Source: Candidatus Aenigmatarchaeota archaeon (GTDB lineage Archaea > Aenigmatarchaeota > Aenigmatarchaeia > CG10238-14 > SCSR01). Taken from it: 53,841 nucleotides of DNA. Shown here piece by piece: positions 26,597 through 37,618 of this stretch. The stretch lies in NCBI GenBank assembly GCA_038998625.1, contig JAWADS010000002.1, positions 1 to 53,841 of the forward strand, in the 5' to 3' direction. Each line of letters opens with the position of its first letter. Position 1 is the first letter of the stretch. The notes under the pieces are model-generated. The model saw nothing but the letters and a program-made list of their open reading frames with translations, was not told the origin of the DNA and searched no databases. Made by a program: the position numbers and the translations under genes.

Positions 26597-28210
26597 TTAT
26601 TTTATTTTTTGTTCAAATACTTTTCTCATTAAAAATATTGGTAGATTGCCAGAATAAAGGAGAGTATCATGGAAGAATTTGTGTGTAAACTTATTTCCCA
26701 TTTTTTCTTTTATTTCCTCTTTCAATTTTTTAATAAGATGTTTGCCCAATAAATAGCTCAATTGATAGCCTGGGGATAAAGTATATCTATTTACTTCAAC
26801 CCTTGCCCTTTCTTTTTCCATACCAACTTCTTTTACTAAAAAGTCTATAGCTTCTTCATAGCTCATTTTTCCAGTACTTAGCTTAACATCAACTATAATT
26901 CTTGCTGCCCTCCATATCATATCCTGTGTTAAAACAAACCATCCTTCTGGAGTATTATCATATCCTAACTCTTTCATCGCTTCTTCACAATAGTGGGCCC
27001 ATCCTTCAACAAATTCTGTAGGATTTAGCAGCAATCTAATTAAGGAAGGGTTTGTGTTGGCACAAGCTAATTGCAAGTGATGTCCAGGATAGGCTTCATG
27101 GACAGAAGTATTATTTATATCAGCATAATTATATCTACCTAAATCCTTTGTGTAGGGTGGAGTTACAATATAAATTCCTGTTTGTTTTTTCTCAAATTTT
27201 GCTGGCTGGAAATAAGCAGCAAAAGGAATGAGATGTCGCATATAAGCAGGCGTCTCTATAACAATCAATTCCTCATTTTTTGGTATAGTAGCAAAATCCA
27301 TTTCCTCTACAAATTCCTTTGATATTTTTATAGCCTTTCTATAAGATTCAAGAATTTCATTAAAAGTTTCAGGATGATTTTGTTGTATTATTTTTCTTAC
27401 TTCTTCTATTGTCGCGCCTGGTTTTATTTCTTCTGCTAGAATTTTTAACTTATTTTTCAATTCTGCCAATTGTTTTTCTCCAAACTCCAAAATTTCTTCA
27501 GGAGTCATTCCTAATTTTCTCAACTCAATTAATTTTTTAAACTTTTTATAACCAATGGCAAATTTTCTTTTAGCTTTGGGTAATATTTTTTTAAGATAAT
27601 TTTTATAATCTTCTATTGCTTTTTTAGATTTTAAAGTGACTTTTTCTAATTGTTGAAGAACTTTTTTGTTCAATTTTTTCTCTTTAGCAACCTTTAATAT
27701 TTCATCTAAAAAACTAGGTAATGTTTCACAAGATTCTATGCCCAATTCAACCCAAAGTTTCACAGGATTTTTTATCCTTGTTTTGGCTTGCTTTATTACT
27801 TTAGGGAATTGTTTTTCTCTAGCTATTATATTTTTAATCCTTTTTTCAAAGGGAGCAAAATCCCTTGTAAATAAAGGAAAAAGAGTATCGCCTAAGAAAG
27901 AGGCTATATCAGGGTTTTGCTCCCAGTGTCTTATTTCTTTTAGTTTGAATAGAGAGAGTTCTATAAAATATATAACAGCTTCTAAATCTATTTTCCTTTC
28001 ATCGGATAATTTTTGGTAATCAACTTTTTTGAATTCTTTCAAAAATTTTTGAAAAATTTTTATTTCTTCTAAATATCTTTTTTTACTCTCGTTAGGCATT
28101 TTTGCATCGAATTGATGCAAGCCTAAATATGTTGCAAAATCAGGATTTCTTTTTACAAAAGTCCAAAAGAATTTTCTTGCCAAATTATCGAACTTTTTGT
28201 CCTCATTCAT
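26597..28210 (-). CDS. DUF885-family protein (putative metallopeptidase-like)
   Basis: VHEAYPGHHLQ motif and 537-aa length typical of DUF885 (from memory). Confidence 0.7.
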   Translation of the reverse strand: MNEDKKFDNLARKFFWTFVKRNPDFATYLGLHQFDAKMPNESKKRYLEEIKIFQKFLKEFKKVDYQKLSDERKIDLEAVIYFIELSLFKLKEIRHWEQNPDIASFLGDTLFPLFTRDFAPFEKRIKNIIAREKQFPKVIKQAKTRIKNPVKLWVELGIESCETLPSFLDEILKVAKEKKLNKKVLQQLEKVTLKSKKAIEDYKNYLKKILPKAKRKFAIGYKKFKKLIELRKLGMTPEEILEFGEKQLAELKNKLKILAEEIKPGATIEEVRKIIQQNHPETFNEILESYRKAIKISKEFVEEMDFATIPKNEELIVIETPAYMRHLIPFAAYFQPAKFEKKQTGIYIVTPPYTKDLGRYNYADINNTSVHEAYPGHHLQLACANTNPSLIRLLLNPTEFVEGWAHYCEEAMKELGYDNTPEGWFVLTQDMIWRAARIIVDVKLSTGKMSYEEAIDFLVKEVGMEKERARVEVNRYTLSPGYQLSYLLGKHLIKKLKEEIKEKMGNKFTHKFFHDTLLYSGNLPIFLMRKVFEQKIK

Positions 28211-28218
28211 ATATTTTT

Positions 28219-30024
28219 TTATTCTAAATAGGCTCTTATTTTTTTCTTACCCACAATAGCTTTAATTAATTCTTTTCCAATGTTTGAATCTTTTGTTACT
28301 TTTATGCTTCCTTTTTTTCCAATCGTCGCGGCAAATAAAAATTTATCCTCAATGTAAACACTGGCGGTCCTTCCTTCAAATCTTTTATCAAAAATTAATT
28401 CTATGCTATTGCCAGTTTCATTCAAACCAAAATTAATTTCTTTTCCTAAAGCAAGTATCCTAGGCTCTACGTCTATATGAATACCTAACTTTCTTTCTAT
28501 TTCACTAATCATGCTTCCGTTCTTTCCAATTAATCTTGGTATCACTTCATTATCTACTCTTACAATAGCTTTATTTTCCGAGGTAATTTCAACTTCAGCT
28601 TTAGGGTCGAATCTTTTTATTTCTTGCAGAATTCTTTCAGCAGCTAGTTTTTTAATAGAGCTTACTTCTTCACCTATTGGCACAATAATGTTTTCTTCAC
28701 CGAAAGTATAGATTTCATATTCTAATTTTCCTGTTTCAAAATCTCTAACTTCCACAACAGGTCTAGCCAAATCCTCTTCTGTCATGCCAGTAGGAACCTT
28801 TACAACAAGGTTTAATTCATAAACCTTTTTCACTTCCCCGTCTTTAATGAAAATAACTGTATCAACAATATGAGGAATCATTCCCAATTCAACCCTTCCC
28901 ATAAAGCGTTGTATAGCATCTATAGCTTTACTGGCATGTACTACTCCTACCATTCCGACTCCAGCTAGGCGCATATCACTAAAAACTTCAAAATCTTTCG
29001 TTTTTCTTACTTCATCAAAGATTGTATAATCTGGCCGTACTAAAAGTAAAATATCAGCAGTTTTTTCAAAATCTCCTTCTAAGGGACCATATTGTGTTAT
29101 TTCTGGTCCTACTTGTAAGTCTTTAGGCGATTCTAAAGTTTTCACAATTTTTCCCTGATTTTTATAGAATTCTGCTAAACTAGAAGCAAAACTTGTTTTT
29201 CCTGCTCCGGGAGGGCCTGCTATCAAAATACCTTCAGCCTTTTCCTTCAATCTTTTTATTAATTTTTCAGAAAGTTTGTAATCCTCTAAAGTTAATTTAG
29301 CTATAGGCCTTACAATAGTTATTTCCAAACCATCAGAAAAAGGTGGTCTTGCTATAGCGATTCTATAGTTGCCCAACTGCAAAACTAAGGCTCCTGCTCT
29401 ACTTATTTCAACAAAACCCTCTTCGCTTATTCTTGTTGCTTCAGAAATTTCCCTAATCATTTCTTCCAATTCTTCCTCTGTTATGGGCTTGTCACTTATT
29501 TTAACTAGTTCAAATCTTCCAGGTTTACCACGCTTTGCCATGGGAACAACATCTTTTTTCAAATGGACACTTAAAGTATCTTCTGTGAAGAATTTTTCAA
29601 ATTTCAATCCTGTAGTCTTAACTTCTGCCGGGATATATTCGACTTTTACTCCCTCGGCCTCGGCCACTAAGGCTTGAACATAATCGGCAGTATAAAGTAC
29701 AGCATTTTCACTTTTCGCAACATCTCTAATTAAACCATCTATTCTACCAGATCTAGCTAATTTTATATCTTCATATGTAGGTCTCTCTCCAGTAAATCTT
29801 ATTTTAATTTTCTCTTTTTCACAAACTTTTCTCAATCTTTTTAATTCTTCCAATCCAATAAAACCTGGCTCTCTACCTTTAGAGGCCTGGGCTTGTAATT
29901 CATCTAATGCAGCTAAAGGTATGATTATCTCAACATCCTTTAGCTTACCCTTTTCCAAAAGTTCTGTTACCTTTCCATCGATGATTATTGATGTATCAAG
30001 GCAAATTTTTTCCATATTATTCAT
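28219..30024 (-). CDS. PIN domain - P-loop ATPase - KH domain protein (COG1855-like)
   Basis: N-terminal CLDTSIIIDG (PIN-like), Walker A GPPGAGKTSFA, C-terminal KH LIGKNGSMISEIERKLG. Track start is 30078; ATG 30024 (MNNMEK) preferred. Confidence 0.8.
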   Translation of the reverse strand: MNNMEKICLDTSIIIDGKVTELLEKGKLKDVEIIIPLAALDELQAQASKGREPGFIGLEELKRLRKVCEKEKIKIRFTGERPTYEDIKLARSGRIDGLIRDVAKSENAVLYTADYVQALVAEAEGVKVEYIPAEVKTTGLKFEKFFTEDTLSVHLKKDVVPMAKRGKPGRFELVKISDKPITEEELEEMIREISEATRISEEGFVEISRAGALVLQLGNYRIAIARPPFSDGLEITIVRPIAKLTLEDYKLSEKLIKRLKEKAEGILIAGPPGAGKTSFASSLAEFYKNQGKIVKTLESPKDLQVGPEITQYGPLEGDFEKTADILLLVRPDYTIFDEVRKTKDFEVFSDMRLAGVGMVGVVHASKAIDAIQRFMGRVELGMIPHIVDTVIFIKDGEVKKVYELNLVVKVPTGMTEEDLARPVVEVRDFETGKLEYEIYTFGEENIIVPIGEEVSSIKKLAAERILQEIKRFDPKAEVEITSENKAIVRVDNEVIPRLIGKNGSMISEIERKLGIHIDVEPRILALGKEINFGLNETGNSIELIFDKRFEGRTASVYIEDKFLFAATIGKKGSIKVTKDSNIGKELIKAIVGKKKIRAYLE

Positions 30025-30140
30025 TACCCATTTGGTTTTTATATCCCATATTTTTATCCTTGAAAGTATACTTAACAAAATATTTTTTCAATTAAAGAAA
30101 ATTTTTTAAAGTAGCTTTAAAGCATTTTTATTAGATAAAA

Positions 30141-30260
30141 ATGAATAAATGTCCAGATTGTGGCAGTTTAAAACTAAAATTAGTGGAAAATGAATTAATG
30201 TGCAAAGATTGTGGAGCAGTGCTTGATGAAGGTTTATTTTCCGGAAGCAGAATAGTTTAA
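30141..30260 (+). CDS. 39-aa stand-alone zinc-ribbon protein (TFIIB/TFB N-terminal ribbon-like)
   Basis: MNKCPDCGSLKLKLVENELMCKDCGAVLDEGLFSGSRIV: CxxC-N14-CxxC. Below the ORF-track cutoff. Confidence 0.45.
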   Translation: MNKCPDCGSLKLKLVENELMCKDCGAVLDEGLFSGSRIV

Positions 30261-30284
30261 GATAAAAATTAAATTCTATTTTTA

Positions 30285-31532
30285 TTAGATAAACTTACCC
30301 TTTAAAAATCGAATAATATCTTCTAATTTCAAGGTTTTTTGTGTATTAGTTCGCATGTCTTTTAATTTAAATTTTCTTGCCTTTAATTCTTCCTTTCCAA
30401 CAATGATAACATATGGAATTTCCATGGCGTTGGCGTAATCCAATTGTTTGCTAAATTTTTTATTAGTTAAGTCAATCTCACATGGTATATTATTTTTCCT
30501 CAATTTTTGGGCTATCTTTATAGCATCAACTTTTACATTTTCATCTACATTGGCAACAAAAACCTTTGGAATAGGAAGGGTTTCACTAAAAATATTCCTT
30601 TCTTTCATGTTTTCAAAAATTCTATCTAGGCCTAAAGAAATTCCTGTAGCTGGAGTAGGTTGACCACCAATAGCTTCTATTAAATTGTCGTATCTTCCTC
30701 CCCCACCACAAGAAACTTTACCACCAAGATAAACTTCATAAACTAAACCAGTATAATAATCTAACCCCCTAACAAGATAAGGATCTATTTTTAGTCTTTT
30801 TTCAAAACCAAATTGTTTAGAGTATTTTAATAACTCCATTAAATCCTTTGCTTTTTCTTTTATTCCATTTTTTCTTAACTCTTTTAAAGAAAGGGATTTC
30901 AAAATTTTTTCCGCATCTATTCCTAATTTTCCTAATTCTTTTTTTACCCAATTTTCACCAAACCTATCTAACTTATCTATGATTCTCATTATATCATTTT
31001 TTTTATCTTTCATTTCCATTTCTTCTAAAATACTTTCAACAATCCTTCTATCATTAACTCTAATATAAAAATCCTTGAATCCCAATTTCTCTAAACATTC
31101 ACAAACACAAGCTAAGCATTCAGCATCTGCCAAAACAGATGGAGAGCCAATAATATCAATATCTGCTTGCCAAAATTCTCGCCATCTAAAAGCTTGAGGC
31201 TCATCATAACGCCAAACTTTTTCTATTTGATATCTTTTAAAAGGAAGGATAAATTTTCCGGAAGTAAAAACTCTGACCAGAGGCATAGTTAAATCAAATC
31301 TTAAACCTATTTCACGATTTGCCTTGTCTTTAAAATAATATATTTCATTTTTTACCGCTTCTCCCAAACCTCCCTTGGCTGAAAGCAATTCGAAACTTTC
31401 GAGGGCAGGAGTATAAAGTGGAGCAAATCCATATTTTTCAAAGGTATTTTTAACTATTTCTACAATTTTGTTAAATTTAATTGCATCCTTCGGCAAAAAA
31501 TCCCTTGTTCCTTTTACATTTTGAAATCGCAT
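30285..31532 (-). CDS. hisS: Histidyl-tRNA synthetase
   Basis: MRFQNVKGTRDFLP N-terminus, GGGGRYDNL motif, class II core. Track start is 31616; internal ATG 31532 preferred. Confidence 0.88.
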   Translation of the reverse strand: MRFQNVKGTRDFLPKDAIKFNKIVEIVKNTFEKYGFAPLYTPALESFELLSAKGGLGEAVKNEIYYFKDKANREIGLRFDLTMPLVRVFTSGKFILPFKRYQIEKVWRYDEPQAFRWREFWQADIDIIGSPSVLADAECLACVCECLEKLGFKDFYIRVNDRRIVESILEEMEMKDKKNDIMRIIDKLDRFGENWVKKELGKLGIDAEKILKSLSLKELRKNGIKEKAKDLMELLKYSKQFGFEKRLKIDPYLVRGLDYYTGLVYEVYLGGKVSCGGGGRYDNLIEAIGGQPTPATGISLGLDRIFENMKERNIFSETLPIPKVFVANVDENVKVDAIKIAQKLRKNNIPCEIDLTNKKFSKQLDYANAMEIPYVIIVGKEELKARKFKLKDMRTNTQKTLKLEDIIRFLKGKFI

Positions 31533-31881
31533 ATTATTAATTGAATTTTTATTTTTTATATTGGTAGAATTATAACCAACTAAATTGAAAGTTAGCGCCT
31601 TTCTAAAATTTTCCATTTTTTATCCGAAAAAATAATTTCTAATTTTAAATGTTTTTAACTAGCTAAAAAATTGTGGAAAAATTTTTGATAATTTAGTTTA
31701 TCATTTAGACTGTCCTCACTTCATATTTTTTATAATTATCTTTTTTATTCTCATTAATACTAGGAGATTCTAGAAAGAGTTTGCCATAAATTGACTTTCA
31801 ATACATAAAGAAAAATTAAACTCAAAAATATTTTCTAATATTATGGGTTCGATATAAATTTTTCAAAAATAAATTTATCTT

Positions 31882-32271
31882 GTGGGAGGACTATTACATC
31901 ACTTGGCAGCAGGCCTTATTTCTGCTGCGCTAGTTTATTGGTACTTTAGACATAGAGATTTTGCCATCTCAATTTTTATAGGAAATTTTTTACATGATAT
32001 TTTTATTTTTGCTTATGCTCCTATTTTTTTGGGAACATTAGATATAACAAAAATAGTAAAATCAGCATTTTTCTTTAATAGAGATCCTATTTTTCTTATA
32101 CTATGGATGGGTATACAATCAATTTTTGTTGCCCTTTTCCTTTTCTTTCAAAAATTTTTAAGAAAAAAAGAATTTCGTGAATTTGAGTATAATGTTGGTT
32201 TTTTACTATTAGGAATAATTACCCATATGACTATGGACATTTTTATACAAGAACAAGGAATACTTTATTAA
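31882..32271 (+). CDS. Small polytopic membrane protein (possibly DUF457/YdjM-like)
   Basis: Four hydrophobic segments with His-rich ends (LLHHLAAG, ITHMTMD). GTG start. Family guess is weak. Confidence 0.4.
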   Translation: MGGLLHHLAAGLISAALVYWYFRHRDFAISIFIGNFLHDIFIFAYAPIFLGTLDITKIVKSAFFFNRDPIFLILWMGIQSIFVALFLFFQKFLRKKEFREFEYNVGFLLLGIITHMTMDIFIQEQGILY

Positions 32272-32273
32272 AA

Positions 32274-32729
32274 TTATTTAATTTTAGCCACATCTCCCAA
32301 GGTCAATTTAGGCTTTTTCTTTTCACTTTTTCCTTCAAATCTTTCTTCATATGTTGTTCTTAAATTTATTTCTAAGAAATTTTCTATTTTCTTTAATAAT
32401 TCTTCATCCGGTTCCATTAAATTTGCTTCAATTCTCCTTATGACCGATACTTTTTCATTCAATCTTTTTGCAAACTCTTCGAGATTTAAGCCTTTGTTTT
32501 CACGGGCTTTTTTTATGTACTTTCCATAATTTTCTATTAATTCCCACTCTTTCTCTTGAAAATTTAGTTGGAGGGGATTAACTATAGGCTTATAATTCTC
32601 GATTTCCACTACTCTTCTTCCAAATTTAGTGCACTTGTTACAAACTTCTAATACACTACCCTCTATCTCTATTTTATTTAAGAAATTTACTTTTTTTCCA
32701 CACAAATTACATTCTGAAATCTTTACCAA
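32274..32729 (-). CDS. Archaeal multiprotein bridging factor 1 (zinc ribbon + HTH)
   Basis: CNLCG...CNKC ribbon, then HTH LNLEEFAKRLNEKVSVIRRIE. TTG start. Confidence 0.8.
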   Translation of the reverse strand: MVKISECNLCGKKVNFLNKIEIEGSVLEVCNKCTKFGRRVVEIENYKPIVNPLQLNFQEKEWELIENYGKYIKKARENKGLNLEEFAKRLNEKVSVIRRIEANLMEPDEELLKKIENFLEINLRTTYEERFEGKSEKKKPKLTLGDVAKIK

Positions 32730-32891
32730 CCTATCTGCTTAAATATTCTTAACATTCTAAATATTAGCAATACTTAAATTTTAAATATCTTGTTACAATA
32801 AATAAATCTTAGTGAAAGAATGAGGATTGATATTCGGATTGGGAGCATCTTCTGAAAAAGTTTTATTTAACTATAACTATAAGGTGATTTT

Positions 32892-35831
32892 ATGGTAATA
32901 ACGGAAGTTAAAGGACAGTATAATCCTAATGAGATAGAAAATAGAATAAGGAACTTTTGGGAAAAAAATAAAATTCCTCAAAAACTACAGGCGGATTTAA
33001 AAAAGAAAAAGTTTTATTTGTTGGATGGTCCGCCCTATGTAAATCAAGTGGCTCATGTAGGCCACATAAAAACAACTACTGCAAAAGATGTCTGGGCGAA
33101 ATTTAAACAGATGCAAGGTTTTAATGTTTGGCTTCAACCGGGATTTGATACCCACGGTTTGCCTATAGAGAATATGGTAGAAAGAGAATTAAACATAACT
33201 TCCAAGCAACAGATTGAAGAGATGGGAATTGATAAATTCATGAAAATATGTCGTAGTCATGCAGAAGATATGAAAAATGAATGGTTGAAATTATATAAGC
33301 AACTAGGAGCATGGCGAGGTTGGTTTGAGCCTTATTTAACATATAAAAATTATTTCATAGAATCTGGCTGGTGGACTATTAAACGATTATATGAAAAAGG
33401 TATGTTGGTAGAGGGTGAAAAGCCAACCTTTTGGTGCCCTCATTGTGAAACTGCTTTGGCTGGTTATGAAGTCACAGATAGCTATGCTGATATAAAAGAT
33501 CCATCTATTTATGTAAAGTTCCGAATAAAGGGAAAGCAGAATGAGTACCTTCTTGTTTGGACTACTACACCATGGACTTTGGTTAGCAATGTAGCAATAG
33601 CCGTTCATCCTAATGAATATTATGTTAAAGCTAAAATGGGTAATGATATATTAATCCTGGCGGAAAAACGTGTAAAAATATTTTTTGAAAACATTTTGAA
33701 AAAGAAGTATGAAATTATAGAAAAATTTTTGGGGAAAGAATTAGAAGGATTGAAATATGAGCCTTGTTTAGATGTGCCGATTCAACAAAAATTGAAATTA
33801 ATTACAAACACTCACCAAGTAATTCTGTCCATTCCTGTAATGGTTAAAGAGAAGTTTCAAGATTTTGTAACAATGGAAGAAGGTACTGGTTTAGTACATA
33901 CTGCTCCAGGACATGGTCCTGAAGATTATATGATTGGACAACATTATAACTTACCCGTTGTGTCGCCTATAAATAATGAAGGGAAATTTACCAATGATGC
34001 AGGAGAGTTCAGAGAACTTTTTGTAAAAGAGGCCGATAAACTTATAATAGAGAGGTTACAAAAAAATGGCTTATTAGTGAAATTTGATTGGGTAATACAT
34101 TCTTATCCCCTTTGTTGGCGATGCAAGAGTCCTTTGATATACAGATTAAGTAAACAATGGTTTCTGAAGGTAGATATGATAAAGTCAAAAATGATAAAAG
34201 AAAATGAAAAAGTTAACTGGCTTCCTGAATGGGGCAAAGAAAGATTTCATAATTGGCTTATTGGTGCTACGGATTGGTGTATTTCTAGACAAAGATATTG
34301 GGGCATACCTTTGCCCATATGGGTTTGTGAAAAGTGTAAAGCGAAGGATGTTATAGGTAGTGTAGAAGAACTTAGAAGAAGAGCTATAAAAAAGTTGCCA
34401 AAGGATATAGATTTGCATAGGAATGTGGTAGATAAGATAGAATTGGCTTGCAAAAATTGTAATGGTAGAATGAAAAGAATTCCAGATATTCTAGATGTAT
34501 GGTTTGATTCAGGAATAGCTCCCTGGGCCTCTTTAGGTTATCCATATAACGATAAAGAAAAAAGGTTTGAAGAACTTTGGCCTGTGGATTTAGTTTGTGA
34601 ATCTCAAGATCAAATTAGGGGATGGTTTTATAGTTTAATGTTTTGTGGGGTTGCTACTTTTGATAGAAGTCCTTATAATTCAGTAGGATTAATGGGTTGG
34701 GTAGTGGATGAAAAAGGAGAGAAAATGAGTAAAAGTTTAGGGAATGTTATATGGGCAAAAGAAGCTTTACAAAAGCTTTCTGCTGATATAATTCGCTTAT
34801 ATTATTGTTGGGAGGTTCCACTTTGGGAAGTACAAAAATTTAGTTTTAAGACAGCGGAGGAGATAGTAAGGGCGGTAAACATCTTATGGAACACCTATTC
34901 CTTTTTTACAACCTATGTGGATAAAAATTTCAAACCTAAATTAACTGCATTAAAAATAGAAGACAAGTGGTTATTATCAAAATTAAATTCATTGATAGAA
35001 GAAGTTTTGCAACATTATGAAAAGTTCGAATTTCATGAAGTAGGAAGAAAAATAGTGAATTTTGTTGTTAATGATATAAGCAGATTTTATATAAAGCTAA
35101 TAAGAGATAGAGTTTGGATAACTGAAAAGGGCGCTGATAAAAATGCGGCTTTATCTACCTTATATACGGGCTTAGTTACTGTTGCTAAGCTTTTAGCACC
35201 TATTACTCCCTTCATTTCTGAAGAAATTTATCAAAACTTAGTTTTAGGTTTAAACAAAAAAGAAAAACCTTCGATTTTCTTATCTATTTTACCAAAAGTT
35301 AATAAAAAATTAATTGATAAAAATCTAGAGCAGGAAATAGAAATAGGAAGGAAAATTATTGAGAAAACTTATGCAGCAAGGCAGGCAGCGGGAATAAAAT
35401 TGCGATGGCCTATTAGGCATCTTTATATTAAAACAATGGATAAGAAAGCTTTGAATGTTGCACGAAAATTGGAGGATATTCTAATAAAATTATGTAATGT
35501 AAAAGAAGTAAAAGTTATAGAGGAAAAAACAAAAGAGGATTTTGCGATTGAGATAGATAAAGAGCTAGATGAAAAGTTAATAGAGGAAGCTATGATTAGA
35601 GAGTTAATAAGAGAAATTCAAAATCTTAGGAAACAAAATAAATTCAGTGTAAAGCAGACAATTGATTTAACCCTAAATTCTAACCCTCAAATTAATAAAG
35701 TTTTGAAAAATTATGAAAAAATTATTTCAAAAGAAGTCGGCGCCAAAAATATTCAAATAGGCTCGTTAAAGGGAAAATATAAAGGTCAACTTATCTTTGA
35801 GGATCAAAAAATCTTGATACAATTTGAATAA
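32892..35831 (+). CDS. ileS: Isoleucyl-tRNA synthetase
   Basis: PPYVNQVAHVGH (HIGH), WCISRQRYWGIPLPIW, KMSKSLGN. 979 aa. GGTGA before the ATG. Confidence 0.92.
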   Translation: MVITEVKGQYNPNEIENRIRNFWEKNKIPQKLQADLKKKKFYLLDGPPYVNQVAHVGHIKTTTAKDVWAKFKQMQGFNVWLQPGFDTHGLPIENMVERELNITSKQQIEEMGIDKFMKICRSHAEDMKNEWLKLYKQLGAWRGWFEPYLTYKNYFIESGWWTIKRLYEKGMLVEGEKPTFWCPHCETALAGYEVTDSYADIKDPSIYVKFRIKGKQNEYLLVWTTTPWTLVSNVAIAVHPNEYYVKAKMGNDILILAEKRVKIFFENILKKKYEIIEKFLGKELEGLKYEPCLDVPIQQKLKLITNTHQVILSIPVMVKEKFQDFVTMEEGTGLVHTAPGHGPEDYMIGQHYNLPVVSPINNEGKFTNDAGEFRELFVKEADKLIIERLQKNGLLVKFDWVIHSYPLCWRCKSPLIYRLSKQWFLKVDMIKSKMIKENEKVNWLPEWGKERFHNWLIGATDWCISRQRYWGIPLPIWVCEKCKAKDVIGSVEELRRRAIKKLPKDIDLHRNVVDKIELACKNCNGRMKRIPDILDVWFDSGIAPWASLGYPYNDKEKRFEELWPVDLVCESQDQIRGWFYSLMFCGVATFDRSPYNSVGLMGWVVDEKGEKMSKSLGNVIWAKEALQKLSADIIRLYYCWEVPLWEVQKFSFKTAEEIVRAVNILWNTYSFFTTYVDKNFKPKLTALKIEDKWLLSKLNSLIEEVLQHYEKFEFHEVGRKIVNFVVNDISRFYIKLIRDRVWITEKGADKNAALSTLYTGLVTVAKLLAPITPFISEEIYQNLVLGLNKKEKPSIFLSILPKVNKKLIDKNLEQEIEIGRKIIEKTYAARQAAGIKLRWPIRHLYIKTMDKKALNVARKLEDILIKLCNVKEVKVIEEKTKEDFAIEIDKELDEKLIEEAMIRELIREIQNLRKQNKFSVKQTIDLTLNSNPQINKVLKNYEKIISKEVGAKNIQIGSLKGKYKGQLIFEDQKILIQFE

Positions 35832-35890
35832 ATTGATACCCTCTTAAGAGTTCTAAATCTATATACTGCTTCTGAAAGTTTTTTGATATT

Positions 35891-36289
35891 ATGCTTGTAT
35901 TAAGCCGAAAAAAATTAATTTTAATTTCATCTTTAGCTTCTGTTTTAGGATTGTTGTTGATTTATGCAGCAAGTATCTTTTCACAACCAAAAGAGATAAG
36001 TTTAGAAGAAATTTCATCAGAATTGATAGGTAAGACTATTTCCACTAGCGGTTATATTATAAGTAAACGAGTTTCACCTGATGGTCATATATTTTTAACC
36101 ATTTCTCAAAATAAAGCAAAAATTCAAGTGCCATTATTTGCAAACTTTCTAGAAAAAATGAGAGAGGAAAATAGAAACACGAATTTTAAAGTTGGCCAGA
36201 AAATTTTTGTTGAAGGAATAGTGGATGAATATAAAGGCCAGCTTCAAATAATTCCAAGAAAGGTTAGTGATGTAAGAATAATTGGATGA
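35891..36289 (+). CDS. Membrane-anchored OB-fold protein
   Basis: N-terminal TM LILISSLASVLGLLLIYAA, then an OB-like segment (ISTSGYIISKRVSPDGHIFLTI...VEGIVDEYKGQLQI). Confidence 0.45.
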   Translation: MLVLSRKKLILISSLASVLGLLLIYAASIFSQPKEISLEEISSELIGKTISTSGYIISKRVSPDGHIFLTISQNKAKIQVPLFANFLEKMREENRNTNFKVGQKIFVEGIVDEYKGQLQIIPRKVSDVRIIG

Positions 36290-37530
36290 TTTTTATGCTT
36301 GAATTTATTATTTTTTCTTTGCTAGGCTTATTTTTAGGTACAATATTGGGACTTATTCCGGGCATGCACATAAATAACATACTACCATTAATTATGGGTT
36401 TATCTTTTATAATTGATCCAATGAATCTAGCTATTTTTATCGTAAGCATATCAATTTCACAAATTTTCATAGGATATATTCCCTCTATTTTTCTTGGTGC
36501 ACCTGAAGAAAACACAGCTTTATCTGTTTTACCAGGCCACAAATTGCTCTTGGCAGGAAAAGGTTTTGAGGCAATAAAGTTAACTGTTATTAGTGGAATT
36601 TTTGCTTTATTTTTTTCAATATCTACAATTTTTATTCTAACAAATTATTTTTCTTATCTTTATGAATTGTCTCGACCTTATGTGCATTATATTTTAATTT
36701 TTTTGATTTCAATCATGTTAATTTATGAAAAAAATTTTAAAATGTCCATATTATCTTTAGCCATAATTTTGCTTTCCGGGATTTTTGGTATTCTAGTTCT
36801 TAATTCTACAATCATAACAACTAAGTTTGTTCTTTTTCCAGTTTTATCAGGATTATTTGGAATTAGCACATTGCTAATAAGTTTGTTTCAAAATTCCAAA
36901 ATTCCTCCTCAATCCTATGATGATGAAATAGATCTCCCACTATCAACATTTTTAAAATCTATTTTTCTAGGCTCCCTTTCAGGCTTAGCTGTTGGTTTTT
37001 TACCTGCAGTGGGCGTTTCTCAAGCAGCAACGCTTATGCAATATATAGGAAAAATGCAAGAAGCTAGATCTTTTCTTGCCACTTTATCTTCCATTAATAT
37101 TTCCAACGAAATTTTTTCATTAATATCTTTATTTTTCGTAGGTAATCCTCGAAGTGGTGCTAGTGTAGCAATAGAAAGAATTTTAGGTAAATTAAATTTC
37201 CATGATACTTTAATTTTAATAGGTACAATATGCTTTACTTCTTCGATGGCTGCCTTATTAACAATATTTCTAGGCAAAATTATTCCGAAATTTTTAATTA
37301 AGATAAATTACAAAATTCTTTCTCTAATAATTATTTTATTTCTTCTCTCTATGATTTCAATTTCAACTGGCTTAAATGGTTTATTAATAGTTTTTACAGC
37401 TACTTCTATAGGATTTCTGTGTAATTTGCTTGGTGTTAGAAGAAGTCATTGTATGGGAGTTTTATTAATACCAAGTATTTTCTTTTTTGCGGGATTAAAT
37501 CCAACAATAATATCAATATTAGGTTTATAA
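36286..37530 (+). CDS. Polytopic membrane protein, DUF112/TctA-like (COG1784-type)
   Basis: About 10 or more hydrophobic segments. LGLIPGMHIN and GFLPAVGVSQAA motifs. ATGA overlap with the OB-fold gene. Confidence 0.55.
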   Translation: MIFMLEFIIFSLLGLFLGTILGLIPGMHINNILPLIMGLSFIIDPMNLAIFIVSISISQIFIGYIPSIFLGAPEENTALSVLPGHKLLLAGKGFEAIKLTVISGIFALFFSISTIFILTNYFSYLYELSRPYVHYILIFLISIMLIYEKNFKMSILSLAIILLSGIFGILVLNSTIITTKFVLFPVLSGLFGISTLLISLFQNSKIPPQSYDDEIDLPLSTFLKSIFLGSLSGLAVGFLPAVGVSQAATLMQYIGKMQEARSFLATLSSINISNEIFSLISLFFVGNPRSGASVAIERILGKLNFHDTLILIGTICFTSSMAALLTIFLGKIIPKFLIKINYKILSLIIILFLLSMISISTGLNGLLIVFTATSIGFLCNLLGVRRSHCMGVLLIPSIFFFAGLNPTIISILGL

Positions 37531-37618
37531 TCTTCGATTTTCTATAATTAAAAAAGTGTGCAAAAATCAAAAAATCCAATAGCTTAGTTAATAAAAAAAT
37601 ATATTGTCGGGAAGTAGA

